DNA from: Eledone cirrhosa
Lineage: Eukaryota
Assembly (NCBI GenBank): GCA_964016885.1
Contig: OZ024755.1
Span: 7,068,001-7,132,000 of the forward strand
Direction of reading: 5' to 3'
Length of the DNA stretch: 64,000 nucleotides
The position numbers and the translations under genes are program-made. Below the pieces are notes generated by a model. That model did no database searches and was not told where the DNA came from. It saw only the letters and a list, made by a program, of their open reading frames with translations. This document shows, piece after piece, positions 25,526 to 38,535 of this stretch; the stretch's first letter is position 1; every line of letters begins with the position of its first letter.

Positions 25526-25660
25526 CAATGTATGATGCAATGTGACATCTGGTGTGATCATTATGAAACCCAGAAAACAAAGAAACAACATCACATTAAT
25601 TTAGCATCCAACTTTCCCCCCAACAATGACAAAGAGGTCAGAGTGGGTCTACAGGGATGC
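25526..25660 (-). ncRNA. Box H/ACA snoRNA candidate (family C), copy 2
   Basis: Same boxes and closing stems as 20679-20811. Confidence 0.7.
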
Positions 25661-26096
25661 ACCCCCCCCCCATATATATGTTTTGCCGCCTGAAGAACTC
25701 AGGCTATCATAACTGATAGTCCTCAGTGAAATATGTACAACAGAGTTTTAAATAACCCAGAATCAACTGAATATGGCCTCCAATCTTTTATTAATATATA
25801 TATATTCTAATAAGTATGAATCAAAGTTGTAGCTGCCTTACAGCAGGTGCCCCTATATATACTCATACATACCCTGCTAAAAACAGTTCTGGTTCTATCA
25901 ATCACAAACCACACACATGTGGGGAACAATACAGCTATGTTAAACAAGCCTATTTCTTGCAAAGTGAAAAAGAAATCTATTTATTTACCACTGCTTCAAC
26001 AAGTTTACAAACTACTTTAGGAGTTATGAACCTGGTGTTATACTTCTATTATGGTTAAAAACTGTCTTAGTTCTACCATCAACTAATTCTGATATT

Positions 26097-26235
26097 GAAT
26101 GTCCCTGGGGTTAAACGGCACACCACAGTCAATGTATGACTGAAATGCTTCCTGTCCAGAGTTTAATGTCATCTCCTATAAATGATACTGGCAGATATGT
26201 AGTCATTAGAGAGGCTACACTCCGTGGCTGGAGAT
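26097..26235 (-). ncRNA. SNORA65: H/ACA snoRNA, SNORA65-like, copy 8
   Basis: Boxes and pockets intact. Confidence 0.82.
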
Positions 26236-27599
26236 ATTGGGATAAATCTATGATCATAGCACTACAGTAGGATTTACACTCAGAAGTTCATCAAAATTTC
26301 GTAGATTCCATATTACATTTATCTATTTTGAGAACAATACCTTAATGTCAGTATGAGTAGCCGGTTTAAATGCTAAAGGGGTAATAAGGGTTGTTGCATA
26401 AAAATTATAAAGGTTAAGATTTTAGATAAAATAAACACTTTGAAATAAAGTTTTATGCTGTAAAACAAGGGGCAGTTTCAGGTGATAATAAAAGGATTTA
26501 AATATTCAAGTAAACCCCTTAACTTCACAGGAGGCTGGCTAAACCTATGCAGGTGTTTGCACTAACAACAAATAAGCATCCGAGATATTTTTTTAAAGGA
26601 AAAGAAACATGACAGCCCCACAACACAGATATATTAAAACCAAATCTAAATTTTAGATTCCCCAACTTCCTTATAGAATAATTTTGAAAATACCTCTAAC
26701 TACATTTACTAAAAATAAGTCCAGTTTGAATTATTGAATACAGTAAAGTTCCTTTTATCAGTGTTAGGTGTATAAGATGTTTAAAGTGCTAATCCCAATT
26801 AATATTCTTCAAGGAGTAAAACCCTTTCATATCTAAAATTCAAATCAAGACCTTACACACCTCATATACTGCAAGCTGAGAAAGAGATAAGTAAATACTT
26901 AAAAAGATAACCATGTAAATTATCAGCAAGCATATTCTAAAGTTACCATAGACAGGAGCATCTAAGAAGTTGATTTAGTTTTGAGCCTTAAATAACAGCT
27001 GGCATACCAACATTTTAATATCAGGGATGACTAAATATTAAAAACATTCACTGAATTCAATATTAAGAAGATTAGCAAATATGGTGAAAGTCATTTAAAA
27101 TAAATTTACCAAATACAAGGTAAAGGGTTGCTATTAATTGTTTCTAATTTTGGCACAAGGCCAGCAATTAACCAGTGCATTACTGGTACTTTATTTTATC
27201 GACCCCGTAAGGACGAAAGGCAAAGTTAACTTCTAGGGATTTGAACTCAGAATGGCAAGGGCCGTCTGAAACTATGCGTCAAAGCATGGCGTCCGACCCT
27301 CTACCGATACTGCCAATCCACCGCCCTTACGGTACTAATAATACTGAAGTGCAAGTGACCACAAGAGAATTACACATTAAATTCAAACCTTGCTAACATT
27401 GATTTAGTATTTATCATATATAAAGTCCATTATATTCCACATTACCAAGACATCCTTAATAAAAACAAATAGATACCCAATTAGAAATATGGTAATGAAA
27501 GGGTTCATTTCATGTTTTATGTGACCATTCTAATTCCAAATATACATATATAGTGAAATATAATGATGGAAATTATCAAAGTTTTCTCTATTTTCACAG

Positions 27600-27803
27600 G
27601 AAACATCTTGGTTATTCTGGCTGTGAAGACGTACAAGAAATTACAGACGCCTTCCAATATATTTATTGTTAATCTCAGTATAGTGAACTTATTGTTTGAT
27701 CTCTTTGTCTTACCATTCCATGCTTATACCAATATGAACAAAGCTGTAGGAATAAGCCCACTTCTATGCAGGCTTATTGCAGTTGTCGACTATGCACTAA
27801 CAG
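27600..27803 (+). CDS. Class A GPCR exon 2 (TM1 end to TM3)
   Basis: TTTTCACAG acceptor; encodes LQTPSNIFIVNLSIVNLL (TM2) and the TM3 Cys (LCR); GTGAGT donor. Confidence 0.9.
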
Positions 27804-28441
27804 GTGAGTAATTATATCAGTTTTATACTTGCTGCATCATGAGACGACACTTTTTGAGTTGTTTATGCAGGACGATAATCGTATATAAGAACCATATGTT
27901 AAGTTATTTTAATAACAAAATAATTCAAGTAAATTCCTCAAGTTTCTTAATTTCAATGAGGAATAGTCACAACAGTTAAAATCCATTTAAAATTGATTAA
28001 TGTAAATTGTTAAATATTAGGTCAAATTATAGACTGCTATCAAAATTTAACCCTTTAGCATTTACATTACTCATTATATACTATTGTATTTTTGTGGTAA
28101 AGACTTTATCTCAAATAAACTATGATGTTTTGATATTTTATTTTGAGAATACATAACGTTGGTATGAGTGGTCGTTTTGTACAGAAAAGCAGAGAGAATT
28201 CTGGTCGGATCTGGCCGGTTTAATGGGGATTCTAAAAAAAAACATTCTGCCAAAATCAATCAAATAGTAAATCTGTTATCATATATTTAAATCTTCCATC
28301 ATAATCCAATACAAAAACTTTTAGTTAAGTAATGTTCTAAAACTTTATTATTTTCAAAATTATTTGGAAAATTGTAGACAAGTGTATTTCATAAGAAATA
28401 TGATAACAAAAGGGTTTTAAACATTTTTTATTTCTTTGCAG

Positions 28442-29208
28442 GCACAACCATTATGACAATAATCTTAATAGCCTACAATCGTTACAAACTGGTGGCTAAC
28501 TACCACAAATATATTGACCATTTCAACCAAACAAACGTTGCAGCAATGTTGTGTGTGGCCTGGTTATTACCACTGATGTGTCTAGTGCCACCCCTCTTAG
28601 AAGTCTGGGGTAAATTTGGTTATGTCGACCAACTCTCAACATGTAATCTATTTGAAGATGAGCTGCTTTTCAAAGACACGTTACTCCTACTGCGCACTCT
28701 CACACCGAGTCTCCTTATCATCTATTTCTACATACGCATCTGCCAAGCTTCAAAAGCCAGCCTCTTGAGAATGCCTTCTTTAAAAGATTCTATCAGTTCA
28801 CAACAGCGAGAACGGAACGAGAAACACATGACTAAGATGGTGTTAACTATTATCTCCCTCTTCATCATATTCTACTTCCCCTGTACAATTACTGCTATCA
28901 TAGACCTCTATTACAAACTCTCGAAACCCCATCACCTTTTCTGCAGACTCTGTATATATTTTGGCAGTGCTGTAAATCCACTAATATATGGTTTAATGAA
29001 TTCACAATTTAGCAAAGCATATAAAAAACTTATAAGCTGCAGTCTTGAAAATATGAAGCCAAATATTCCACCTGTAACTGTCATCCACTTGAACACTCTG
29101 ATAATGAAACCAACCTCACATATGGGGCTGAGTTTCGTATCTATCCTACCTAAAAACACTGATACACTCACATCAAACATTTTAATAAATGAAAAACAAA
29201 TTCCTTAA
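28442..29208 (+). CDS. Class A GPCR exon 3, Moody/Tre1/melatonin-receptor-like (NRY)
   Basis: TTTGCAG acceptor; IAYNRY, TM4 W, ECL2 Cys, FYFP in TM6, NPLIY in TM7. Spliced CDS is 1137 nt (378 aa). Confidence 0.9.
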
Positions 29209-29767
29209 AATATCAAATGTCGAGTAACCCTCTCATCATCAAAATATCACCATATGTATATATATATTCATTTTAAGAAATTAAACTGTTGAAAAATTAC
29301 TTTTGCTTTTCCTTATTACATTACCTTTTCTACACACTGTAAATGTGGTTGGTGTTAGGAAGGGCACCCAGCCGTAGAAAACCTGCCAAACAGTCTTATA
29401 CAAGCGAGACACGGTCACCCGAGCAATCTTGCCTCAAGTGGGACAATTCCCGTCTAAACCCATGCTAGCGTGGAAGATAGAACGATGATGATGACACCAT
29501 TTTCATTTTAATGCATGTATATAGAGGTGCACAATAAATGGTTTTTTTTATTTATATTTTAATTCATTGATTGCAAGAGACTGGACTCTACAGTTGTGAG
29601 CCTTGAGATCAACATATAACCTCTAAGTTAACGTCACATTTCAAATGGCCCCCACAGAAAAGAAAAAAATCCAAATTAGACATTTAAAACACGATTAACT
29701 CCTATGGTGCGTGACCTTTGCCTCACCCTCTACATAAAGACACACATTACAAGCAACATAAATACAA

Positions 29768-29856
29768 TGAATCAGTGCGCAGTTGACTACAGGTAAGCCT
29801 CTACATTAAAATATAGGGGGCCTATCAGAATCGATCGTCATATATCATCATATTCA
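29768..29856 (-). ncRNA. Box C/D snoRNA, copy 1
   Basis: Terminal stem TGAAT/ATTCA, C box ATGATGA, D' CTGA and D CTGA. The D' guide GACGATCGATT is complementary to conserved 28S AAUCGAUCGUC. Confidence 0.85.
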
Positions 29857-30818
29857 CTGTATAAACTTGTAAGAACATAGCTATCTTAACAACTAGGCCA
29901 CACACCTATGATGGAAGGTTTATTTTATTAGAAATATGAAAGAAAATTTACAGTTCACACAGATTCAGCTAGTTTCTTAAATAAGTTTTTTGGGTGTTTT
30001 AATGTTAAGTGCTCCAGTTCTCTCATAAGAAATATAAAATGAAGCGTCTTACTCAAAACCTTATGATACTAAATTATACACCCTAACCACCAGGCTACAT
30101 CGATGTTCGTTATTCTATTTCATTACACTCACTCATTTCGAATTTTCCCTTCAAATTACGTCCCTTACATCGGTTCGCTCTGTTTTATACGTCTCCCAAT
30201 ATTTCTGTATTGTGCTCATATACACGCTGGTAAATGAAATAACTATCTTATGCTGCTTATTACATAACTATATAATTATATTGTAACCATCATCGTTTAA
30301 CGTCAGTTCCTGCTGTAAAAATATTCTCGATTGAAATTTCCTTCTTGGTTGGCAACAATAAGGGGAGGTAACTAAGAGAAATTAAGAAATACTTTCAAAA
30401 ATGTATTTACATAAGGAAGGAAGGACCATGGATGACATTACCCATAGATTATTTACTGTAATTTATTAAAATGTCTATTAATGCATATGTTATAGTAACT
30501 ATACTAGTGAACAGTTTGTGAAAATTGCAGTTTTAGACATAAGACTGATATTTAATGTAATGTAGTCATTAAATACCAAGTAGCTGTTTAAATACACACA
30601 CACACACATGTTCTATTACTTCAGTCCGTTTCTCCAATATTTCTATTTAACTTTTCATTCTATTTTCCGGTGAAGGACTAGCATCCAAAACGTTAAGACT
30701 TTTCCTACTATAATCAAGTGTAAAACTAATAATATATTTCTGCATTGTATTGTGTTCCTTGCTTTATTTGTTTGTCTATTACATATGTACACACACACAT
30801 ATAATTGCTACAACAAAA

Positions 30819-30912
30819 ACAGTGAATCAGAGCGCAGTTGACTACAGGTGACCTCCACCATAAATGGTAAGGACCATCAGAATCGATCGTCATTTGTCAT
30901 CATATTCACTGT
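30819..30912 (-). ncRNA. Box C/D snoRNA, copy 2
   Basis: 9-bp terminal stem ACAGTGAAT/ATTCACTGT. Boxes and both guides are conserved while the central spacer has diverged. Confidence 0.85.
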
Positions 30913-33100
30913 TATGGTTTCACAATACTTTCTGTAAAGAACCTACAGAAAACACACACAAACCCTAGATAATGGTGATGCAATATGAACAAATAAAAAA
31001 TATATCGAAAACTTTAATTGAAAACCGGATATGCTACTTTGGTATTGAGTACTCATTCTCACGACCGTTAATATCAAAAGCATATATATATATATACACA
31101 CATAAATGTGTGTAATTGTTGTATAGTGCCGGTAAAATAGAAGAATCTATATATAAAAACCTAGGGTTTTTTAAATATCTAATTTGGATATTAAGATGGA
31201 AATTTTAGTTATTTTTTTTTTTATAATCTAATAAATAATTCTATAAACCATTTAAATATATATACATATATACACACGCACACATTAACTTTTCGTCATT
31301 TAAAAATGTTAACGTTAATTTTACTACAATTGTTATCGAGTAACATGTGGGAATATATCAAAGTAGTCTCTCCAATACTAATAATATAGAATTTATATGG
31401 CAGCATATATCCATCAAAGCGAAAGTATGTTCACGGGCGCCATAATCGTTCATTTACAGATTAACTCTTCTTGAAGGCAGTTTACTGGCGGTATTACCTG
31501 AAAAGGTGAGTCTTCAAATTTGATCTGAAAGCTAATACATACAAGATGGTGCAGTTGGTACAGAGGAAACCGTCTTACGATCACACCTTACCTCGATCAC
31601 CACAGCTCTTAATTCTAGTACATCGTTCCACGAGGAGTCATCATTATTTGATAGCATATACATACAGGTGATTGCTTTTTTTTTTTACCAGAGTCAACTC
31701 ATATACAACTTACAATATCAAGCAGTAAGGATTTTTAATCCTTTAGCGACAAACCCGGCTCTGGTTCTTGGAAATAAAATCACCCACTTAAAATAAAAAT
31801 CTTCCAACTAACCTAACATTAAATTAATATCTTAGTAATGAAATAATTAACAATTTTAGTAAATCCCTCAAAATTCTTAATTAATTAATAGAATGTATTT
31901 CATTAGAAATGCAGTCATGAAAGGGTTAAATGTTATTTGGGCTTTTATAGGATACCGATGTAGAGCCCTAATAAGCTAGGGCACATGGCCGTATTCCTTA
32001 CTATATTATCCTGCCGCAGTATTCTGATCTGATGTCCAGCCACAGAGCAACGTGCGTCACCATTGTCCAGTTGTGATGTTACTACTAAGGGCATGCCTTC
32101 CCTGCATTACTAACTTGGTTTTTACCTGGGAATTATGTTACGGGTACACGTGGTTGTGGAACACTCGGTCACAATATAATAATTTTTAATATAGACACAA
32201 GGCCAGCAATTTGAAGGGGGGAAAGGAAAGTCGATTAAAGCGACACCAGTGCGTTACTGGTATTTTATTTTATCGACCCCGTAGGGACGAAAGGCAAAGC
32301 TAATCTCGGCGAGATTTGCACTCAGAACGCAAAGGGCCATAACTATACTGCGAAGCATGGTGTAGGACAAGGCTTACGATATGGGTACACGTGTCGGTGA
32401 AATACTCAACCATTTAAACGATAATACAAGATCTGTAACTGTAACACAGAGAACAGGTTTGCTAAGGCAAGGATACACGTGTCTGTGGGACTCAGCCACT
32501 TACAGTAATACAAGACTAACTGTACCCTCTAACACAAGAACCAGGCTTGCCAGTATCATAGTGGAATACTCAGCCACTTGTTAAATAACGATTCGAGCGT
32601 TCAGTGGGTTTAACTGAATGATCATCGTCGAAGACGACGAAGGTTCCATCACAAGTTAATAAAATGCAAATTTAGATTTAAATATGGGCAAATTCTAACT
32701 GAAATCATTAATAATAGACAAGTAAATATTAATTATAAAGGCATCTCACACTAGATATTTCCTTAGTACCAGCGTGTAATCAAGACGTGTTTATTTCCAA
32801 TGATTTTAAGTATTATTGATAATAGAACTGGAAATAAAAATATCTCGTTGCATTCAGATCCATCGCTCACACATATATATATTACATATATACATATTTA
32901 TAATTATATATAAATCAGTATATATACATAGTATATATATAATTATAAATATGGAGGGTAGTACTAAGCAACTAGCCAATTACCGAGAAAAGGCTCAATG
33001 TAAATTATCAAATGTATTACAGTGCCGAGATACAAAATATAAAACAATCAAATCTTAGTTTAATACATTTATGATTTGATTGTTTTCTATTTTGTGTATG

Positions 33101-33135
<35 letters not shown>

Positions 33136-33725
33136 GCGAGGAGTTAACGCATATACATGCAATAGATCGGGCGAGCCATTTTCTTATTTCCATTTCTAAT
33201 GTCAAGGATTCTCGGGTTTATTTTTTACGAGATCTTTTGTAAAATAGAAATACGTAGAATTTAGGTAAATATGTATTTCACAGAGATGAGTGTGATATAT
33301 TCTCAGATGGGGGAACTAGAGAAATCGTATAATTTACTAGTTTTGAAAGCCATATTCGTTTAATACACATTTTAAAAAATCATAGGAAAAACTTTCACAT
33401 ATAAAATATAAACGATCTTTACTATTTATTACACGCAAGTTAAAACAGATATATCCCTTTCATAATTAAGAAGTTGGTACAATCTGCAAATACATATTTA
33501 TAGTGAAAATGAAGAATGATGAGACTTAAGTAACACGTGAAGCATAAAATAATTAATCACTATACTGAAGGATCAATTTTTTAAATAAAATATGCGATCA
33601 AAGATGTTCTCGAGTAAACATATAGTTAGGTTTAAGTATATGCTTATGAAATTAAATGCTTTTTGCTACAAGGAATAAAAGAAAAACTTAGATGGAGACA
33701 GATTATAAGAAACGATTCCGCTTAC

Positions 33726-33760
33726 CTTCTTCTCAGTTCTGCAGCAATGGCGGAAAAGGG
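33726..33760 (-). promoter_or_regulatory. RPL29: Probable RPL29 non-coding first exon with 5'TOP/TCT initiator
   Basis: Minus strand TTCCCCCTTTTCCGCCATTGC...GAAGAAG|GTAAGC: a pyrimidine-tract start plus a strong donor. All snoRNA candidates lie between this exon and the RPL29 3' end on the same strand. Confidence 0.7.
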
Positions 33761-33965
33761 GGAATAATCCATGAACAGGAAACAAAAGAGTTATATCTAG
33801 GGAGATAATATATATTACATCCGGTTTTCAATTAAACTCTTCGATATATTTTTTATTTGCTCATTAAATTATGTAACTAGTTGCAATAAATTAAGACATT
33901 TTTCAATCTATAGATTAAAAATATTAATGATATAATTTACAAAAGGGACAAATCAAATACCGAAT

Positions 33966-34183
33966 AGGCTATGTAGCCGGTAAACCCTAAAGGGGCGCAA
34001 CACACGTCACTATAGCGTTTCACCAGCCCCTTCCTTCTGTTATCTGCATCTGTTTATGTATTTACGAGTAGACGTGCGATTTTAACTTGTTTTTTTTTAA
34101 CAATTGATGGTAGATGAGATTTCAAATTGTCTTAACTCGAGCTGCAATTCATGTGTCTAACACTCTTACCGGCTACATAGCCT
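33966..34183. mobile_element. MITE-like element with 18-bp perfect inverted ends
   Basis: AGGCTATGTAGCCGGTAA ... TTACCGGCTACATAGCCT. Confidence 0.55.
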
Positions 34184-35860
34184 CTTCCAAATATACCTTA
34201 CCTATGGGGTCCTTCTGAAGGGTCTTTGGAGTAATGTTACTCGATAGGATGCATATTTTGAAGATCAGGGAGTCACTACTTTTCTGAATCAAAAGATCAC
34301 CATTCCGATATTATAGACATGCAGTTAGAATGGTAATTGAGTTTGCATGTCTTATCCCACATTCTCCTCTATTTTTTACAATATATACAATTGAATATGA
34401 ATTAATTATTACGTAGCTTCTTAAACCAGAAATCCAAAAGACAGATTGTATGGTTGCTTAGAAAACGGTGATTGAAAGTTGAAAATTGAATTACATTCTT
34501 TCACTGTATTTTTGACTAATGCAAATAGTCTATTAACAGGGCATATAAGCCCCCTAAATGGGTCAGCATACATGGTGGTTGAACATGCACCCCCTGTTTT
34601 CTGGACAAATATATTGCCATTTATACCATGGGCATGTTGGTGTAAATGGTAACACACTTTGCAGCACATGGGAGGTGTGGGTTTAAAATTCATATATACT
34701 GATACCCCTTTTTTCCATTTAGGAGGCTTATATTCCCTGTTATTAAATCATTTTCTATAGTAAAAAATATAGCAAAAGCTTCTAATTCAATTTTTTTTAT
34801 AGATAGAGTGTATTTAATTATACTATTGATCTTTACAACCTATCACCATTAAGTCTGAAAGACGGTAATATTCATGGTTATCTATGATTACAATCTAAAG
34901 AGACTCCAGAATATCTAACAACAACCTTCATTATAAAATGATTCCTACAATAGACACAAGGCCAGCAATGTGAGAGGAGAGGAAAGTCAATTAAATTGAC
35001 CCCATTACTAGTATTTTATTTTATTGACCCGTAAGGATGAAAGGCAAAGCTAACCTCGGCGGGATTTTTAACTCGGAACGTAAAGGAACATAACTCTATA
35101 CTGTAAAGCATGGTGCCTGACACTCTACCAATACTACTAATCCATTACCCTAAACCTTCATTATGTAATAAAATTCTATGATAATATTCTTTGTGTAACA
35201 CAAAAACAAATACAGGACTCGTTTCCAGAGAACCTAATTCTATAAATAGGTTTTTACATCAACAAAATGTTATATAATAGTTTCATTACTAAATAATTTC
35301 AATCAGACATAATATTTTCATTATGGAATATTTTTTGTAGTTTTAATTATTCAACAGCATTGCTATTCCTGGAATAATACAGTTGATGTCTTTAATTATA
35401 GAAACAGTAGTTAATCACATGTCATGAATTTGTTGGAATAAATTGTGTAACCACAATACAACAGTATAAATACAGGGTGGGACAAAAGTCACTTTTTACC
35501 TATTTTTATTAATAAAACTTTACTAATTAACTCAAAATTAATTTTTCTTGGAGGGTGTATTTTTCCATAATTGGATCCATAATTCAACTTAAATCTGAAA
35601 GAAAAAAATATATAATTTTAATAATTGTTTTTAATTTTGGCACAAGGCCAGCAAATACCCAGTGCATTACTGGTACTTTATTTTATCGACCCCGTAAGGA
35701 TGAAAGGCAAAGTTAACCTCAGCGGGAATTGAACTCAGAATGGCAAGGGCTGTAACTCTAAGTGTCAAAGCAAGGCGTCCGACCCTCTACCGATACTGCT
35801 AATCCACCGTCCCTATATAATTTTAATAATAAAAAAAATTATGATTTTTTAAAAATAGTG

Positions 35861-36722
35861 ACTGTGGTCTAATTGAACAGGTGTAGGTCTATATAGTACC
35901 TTCATCTATGTTAAAAGTACTGTGGTCTAATTGAACAGGTGTAGGTCTATATAGTACCTTCATCTATGTTAAAAGTACTGTGGTCTAATTGAACAGGTGT
36001 AGGTCTATATAGTACCTTCATCTATGTTAAAAGTACTGTGGTCTAATTGAACAGGTGTAGGTCTATATAGTACCTTAGTCTATGTTAAAAGTACTGTGGT
36101 CTAATTGAACAGGTGTAGGTGTATATAGTACCTTAGTCTATGTTAAAAGTACTGTGGTCTAATTGAACAGGTGTAGGTGTATATAGTACCTTAGTCTATG
36201 TCAAAAGTACTGTGGTCTAATTGAACAGGTGTAGGTCTATATAGTACCTTAGTCTATGTTAAAAGTACTGTGGTCTAATTGAACAGGTGTAGGTCTATAT
36301 AGTACCTTAGTCTATGTCAAAAATACTGTGGTCTAATTGAAAAGGTGTAGGTCTATATAGTAGCTTAGTCTATGTTAAAAGTACTGTGGTCTAATTGAAC
36401 AGGTGTAGGTCTATATAGTACCTTAGTCTATGTCAAAAGTACTGTGGTCTAATTGAAAAGTTGTAGGTCTATATAGTACCTTAGTCTATGTAAAAAGTAC
36501 TGTGGTCTAATTGAACAGGTGTAGGTCTATATAGTACCTTAGTCTATGTCAAAAGTACTGTGGTCTAATTGAAAAGTTGTAGGTCTATATAGTACCTTAG
36601 TCTATGTTAAAAGTACTGTGGTCTAATTGAACAGGTGTAGGTCTATATAGTACCTTAGTCTATGTTAAAAGTACTGTGGTCTAATTGAACAGGTGGTGGT
36701 CTATATAGTAGTTTAGTCTATA
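35861..36722. repeat. 58-bp minisatellite, ~15 units
   Basis: Unit ACTGTGGTCTAATTGAACAGGTGTAGGTCTATATAGTACCTTAGTCTATGTTAAAAGT. Confidence 0.95.
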
Positions 36723-37037
36723 TTTAAAGTGTTTGTGAGGATCTATACAATATAATACTTTGCTCTTATATTTAATTTTACACAATTTTTATTAATTTGT
36801 TTAGAATTCCTGGAACAAGAGAAAATAGGAAATGACAAATGATCTATAATGTTCTTTGTCAATGATGTTGTCCCTCCCCCCTCTATGTGTACACACACAA
36901 TACACAAATATGGCTTTGTCACACTGAAGTTAAAAAACTGAACATCACACTATTTATAAAACAATGACATATGTACAAGTGCATAACAAAGACTTTAAGT
37001 GTGATCAATGACTGCAAACAAGACAGATCCTGTTCCA

Positions 37038-37087
<50 letters not shown>

Positions 37088-38424
37088 CTTTTATATAAAA
37101 AATACAGAAGCGAAATCCAGCCCAAGCCAAACAGTGAGTGTGTTCTGTTATTATTTCTGACAATATTATAATAATATGACTCTCCCTAAGTATAACAATA
37201 TTTCTTTCGACACACGATTTCATATCAAAACCCTTGGAAAACAAATATATATATATATATATATATATTCTGTATAATTACTTGTACTTGCTAGTGAGAC
37301 TATTTGACCACACTATATCCCATAGTAATGCTGTGTGTGCTGACCACAAAATATTTTAGAGAGCAACACTAGCACTCCTTTTTTAGCAAGTTATTGTGGA
37401 AATGTGTGTCTTTTCTTTTCTCTTTTTACCTGTTTTCTGTCATTGTCCCAGACCTGCCAACCTCCAAAAACCCCAACAGGGAGTATCATGAAAAGAGGGG
37501 CGCCAAATCGGAGAGAAATGGTGCAAAATGGGGAGATTTTACATAATTGTTTCTACTTTAGGCACAAGGCCAGCAATTATCCCAGTGTATTACTGGTACT
37601 TTATTTTATCGACCCCGTAAGGATGAAAGGCAAAGTTAACCTCGACGGGATTTGAACTCAGACCATAAAGAGATTTTACATAATGAAAGCTATACCCATT
37701 TTCACAAGAGAAGACAACTCTCAGCTACCCCAATATGGGTGGGGAGATAGCCCGATCCGACTGGGAGAGTTGACAGGTCTGTTGTCCATTAGAATGTAAA
37801 TAGAATTTATATAAGGAAATTGATTTAAAGAACTAAATCAATAAAAATGTGTTAGAAACAAAAAAAAAAGGTGGGAAATCACATACACCTAATCACATTT
37901 TACAGCAGGGAATGTTGGTGTTGCCCTGTAAACAGTTTTGAGGTAACTCAATAGAATCACATTACTGCAATTGGTAGAGAGGCTAAGACGCTGGAATAGC
38001 CAAGCCCCCAAGCACCACCTAATACCTCAGCATGACAATCTGCCAACAATAACAAAAAAATTCGAATCCTCCCAACCACACACACAAAAAAATAATATAT
38101 ATATATATATTGCTGGCTTTGTGCCTAAATTAGAAATCATTATTTCAGCGTTTATACTTGTTTGGCAAGTTATTTTATTTGTGAAAGCGAGTATTGAAAC
38201 TGAAGCAGTTAGATCGCAGAAAGGACCTTTTCATTTCTCAAAACAAAAAATACAAAGTTCCATTCAAAACCATGAAATTCACTTCTAATTTTTTTCTTCG
38301 CTTCTACATATTTAATCTTATATATTTATTGTATAGAAATAAAATATTTATCAATTATTTTGTTGTGTTAATATGTTTCGTGGCAGACTTTAAGATGTTT
38401 ATTACGCTGATAGTCTACCATAGA

Positions 38425-38535
38425 TATATCACGTGACTGGCAAAAGTGTAGTGACACGAAGAGAGTTGTATTTCGTCACTTCCTGTTTATGTAAAAATAT
38501 ATCTGAGAGCGGAAGTGACACTCAGGCGTCATTGT
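38425..38535 (+). promoter_or_regulatory. Candidate housekeeping promoter of the E2 gene
   Basis: E-box TCACGTGA and two ETS-type sites (CACTTCCTG, GCGGAAGTG) ~550-650 bp upstream of the ATG. Possible 5'UTR intron 38890 (GTAAGT) to 39020 (TAG). Confidence 0.4.

Noticed and set aside
31400-31650. Minus-strand C box ATGATGA (31638-31644) with nearby hairpins; also a plus-strand 46-nt AG..GTGAGT mini-exon and a minus-strand TTTTCAG|GTAATA recursive-splice-like site
   Set aside because: No CTGA D box at a suitable distance, no second copy and no partner exons; I cannot discriminate among these readings from sequence alone.
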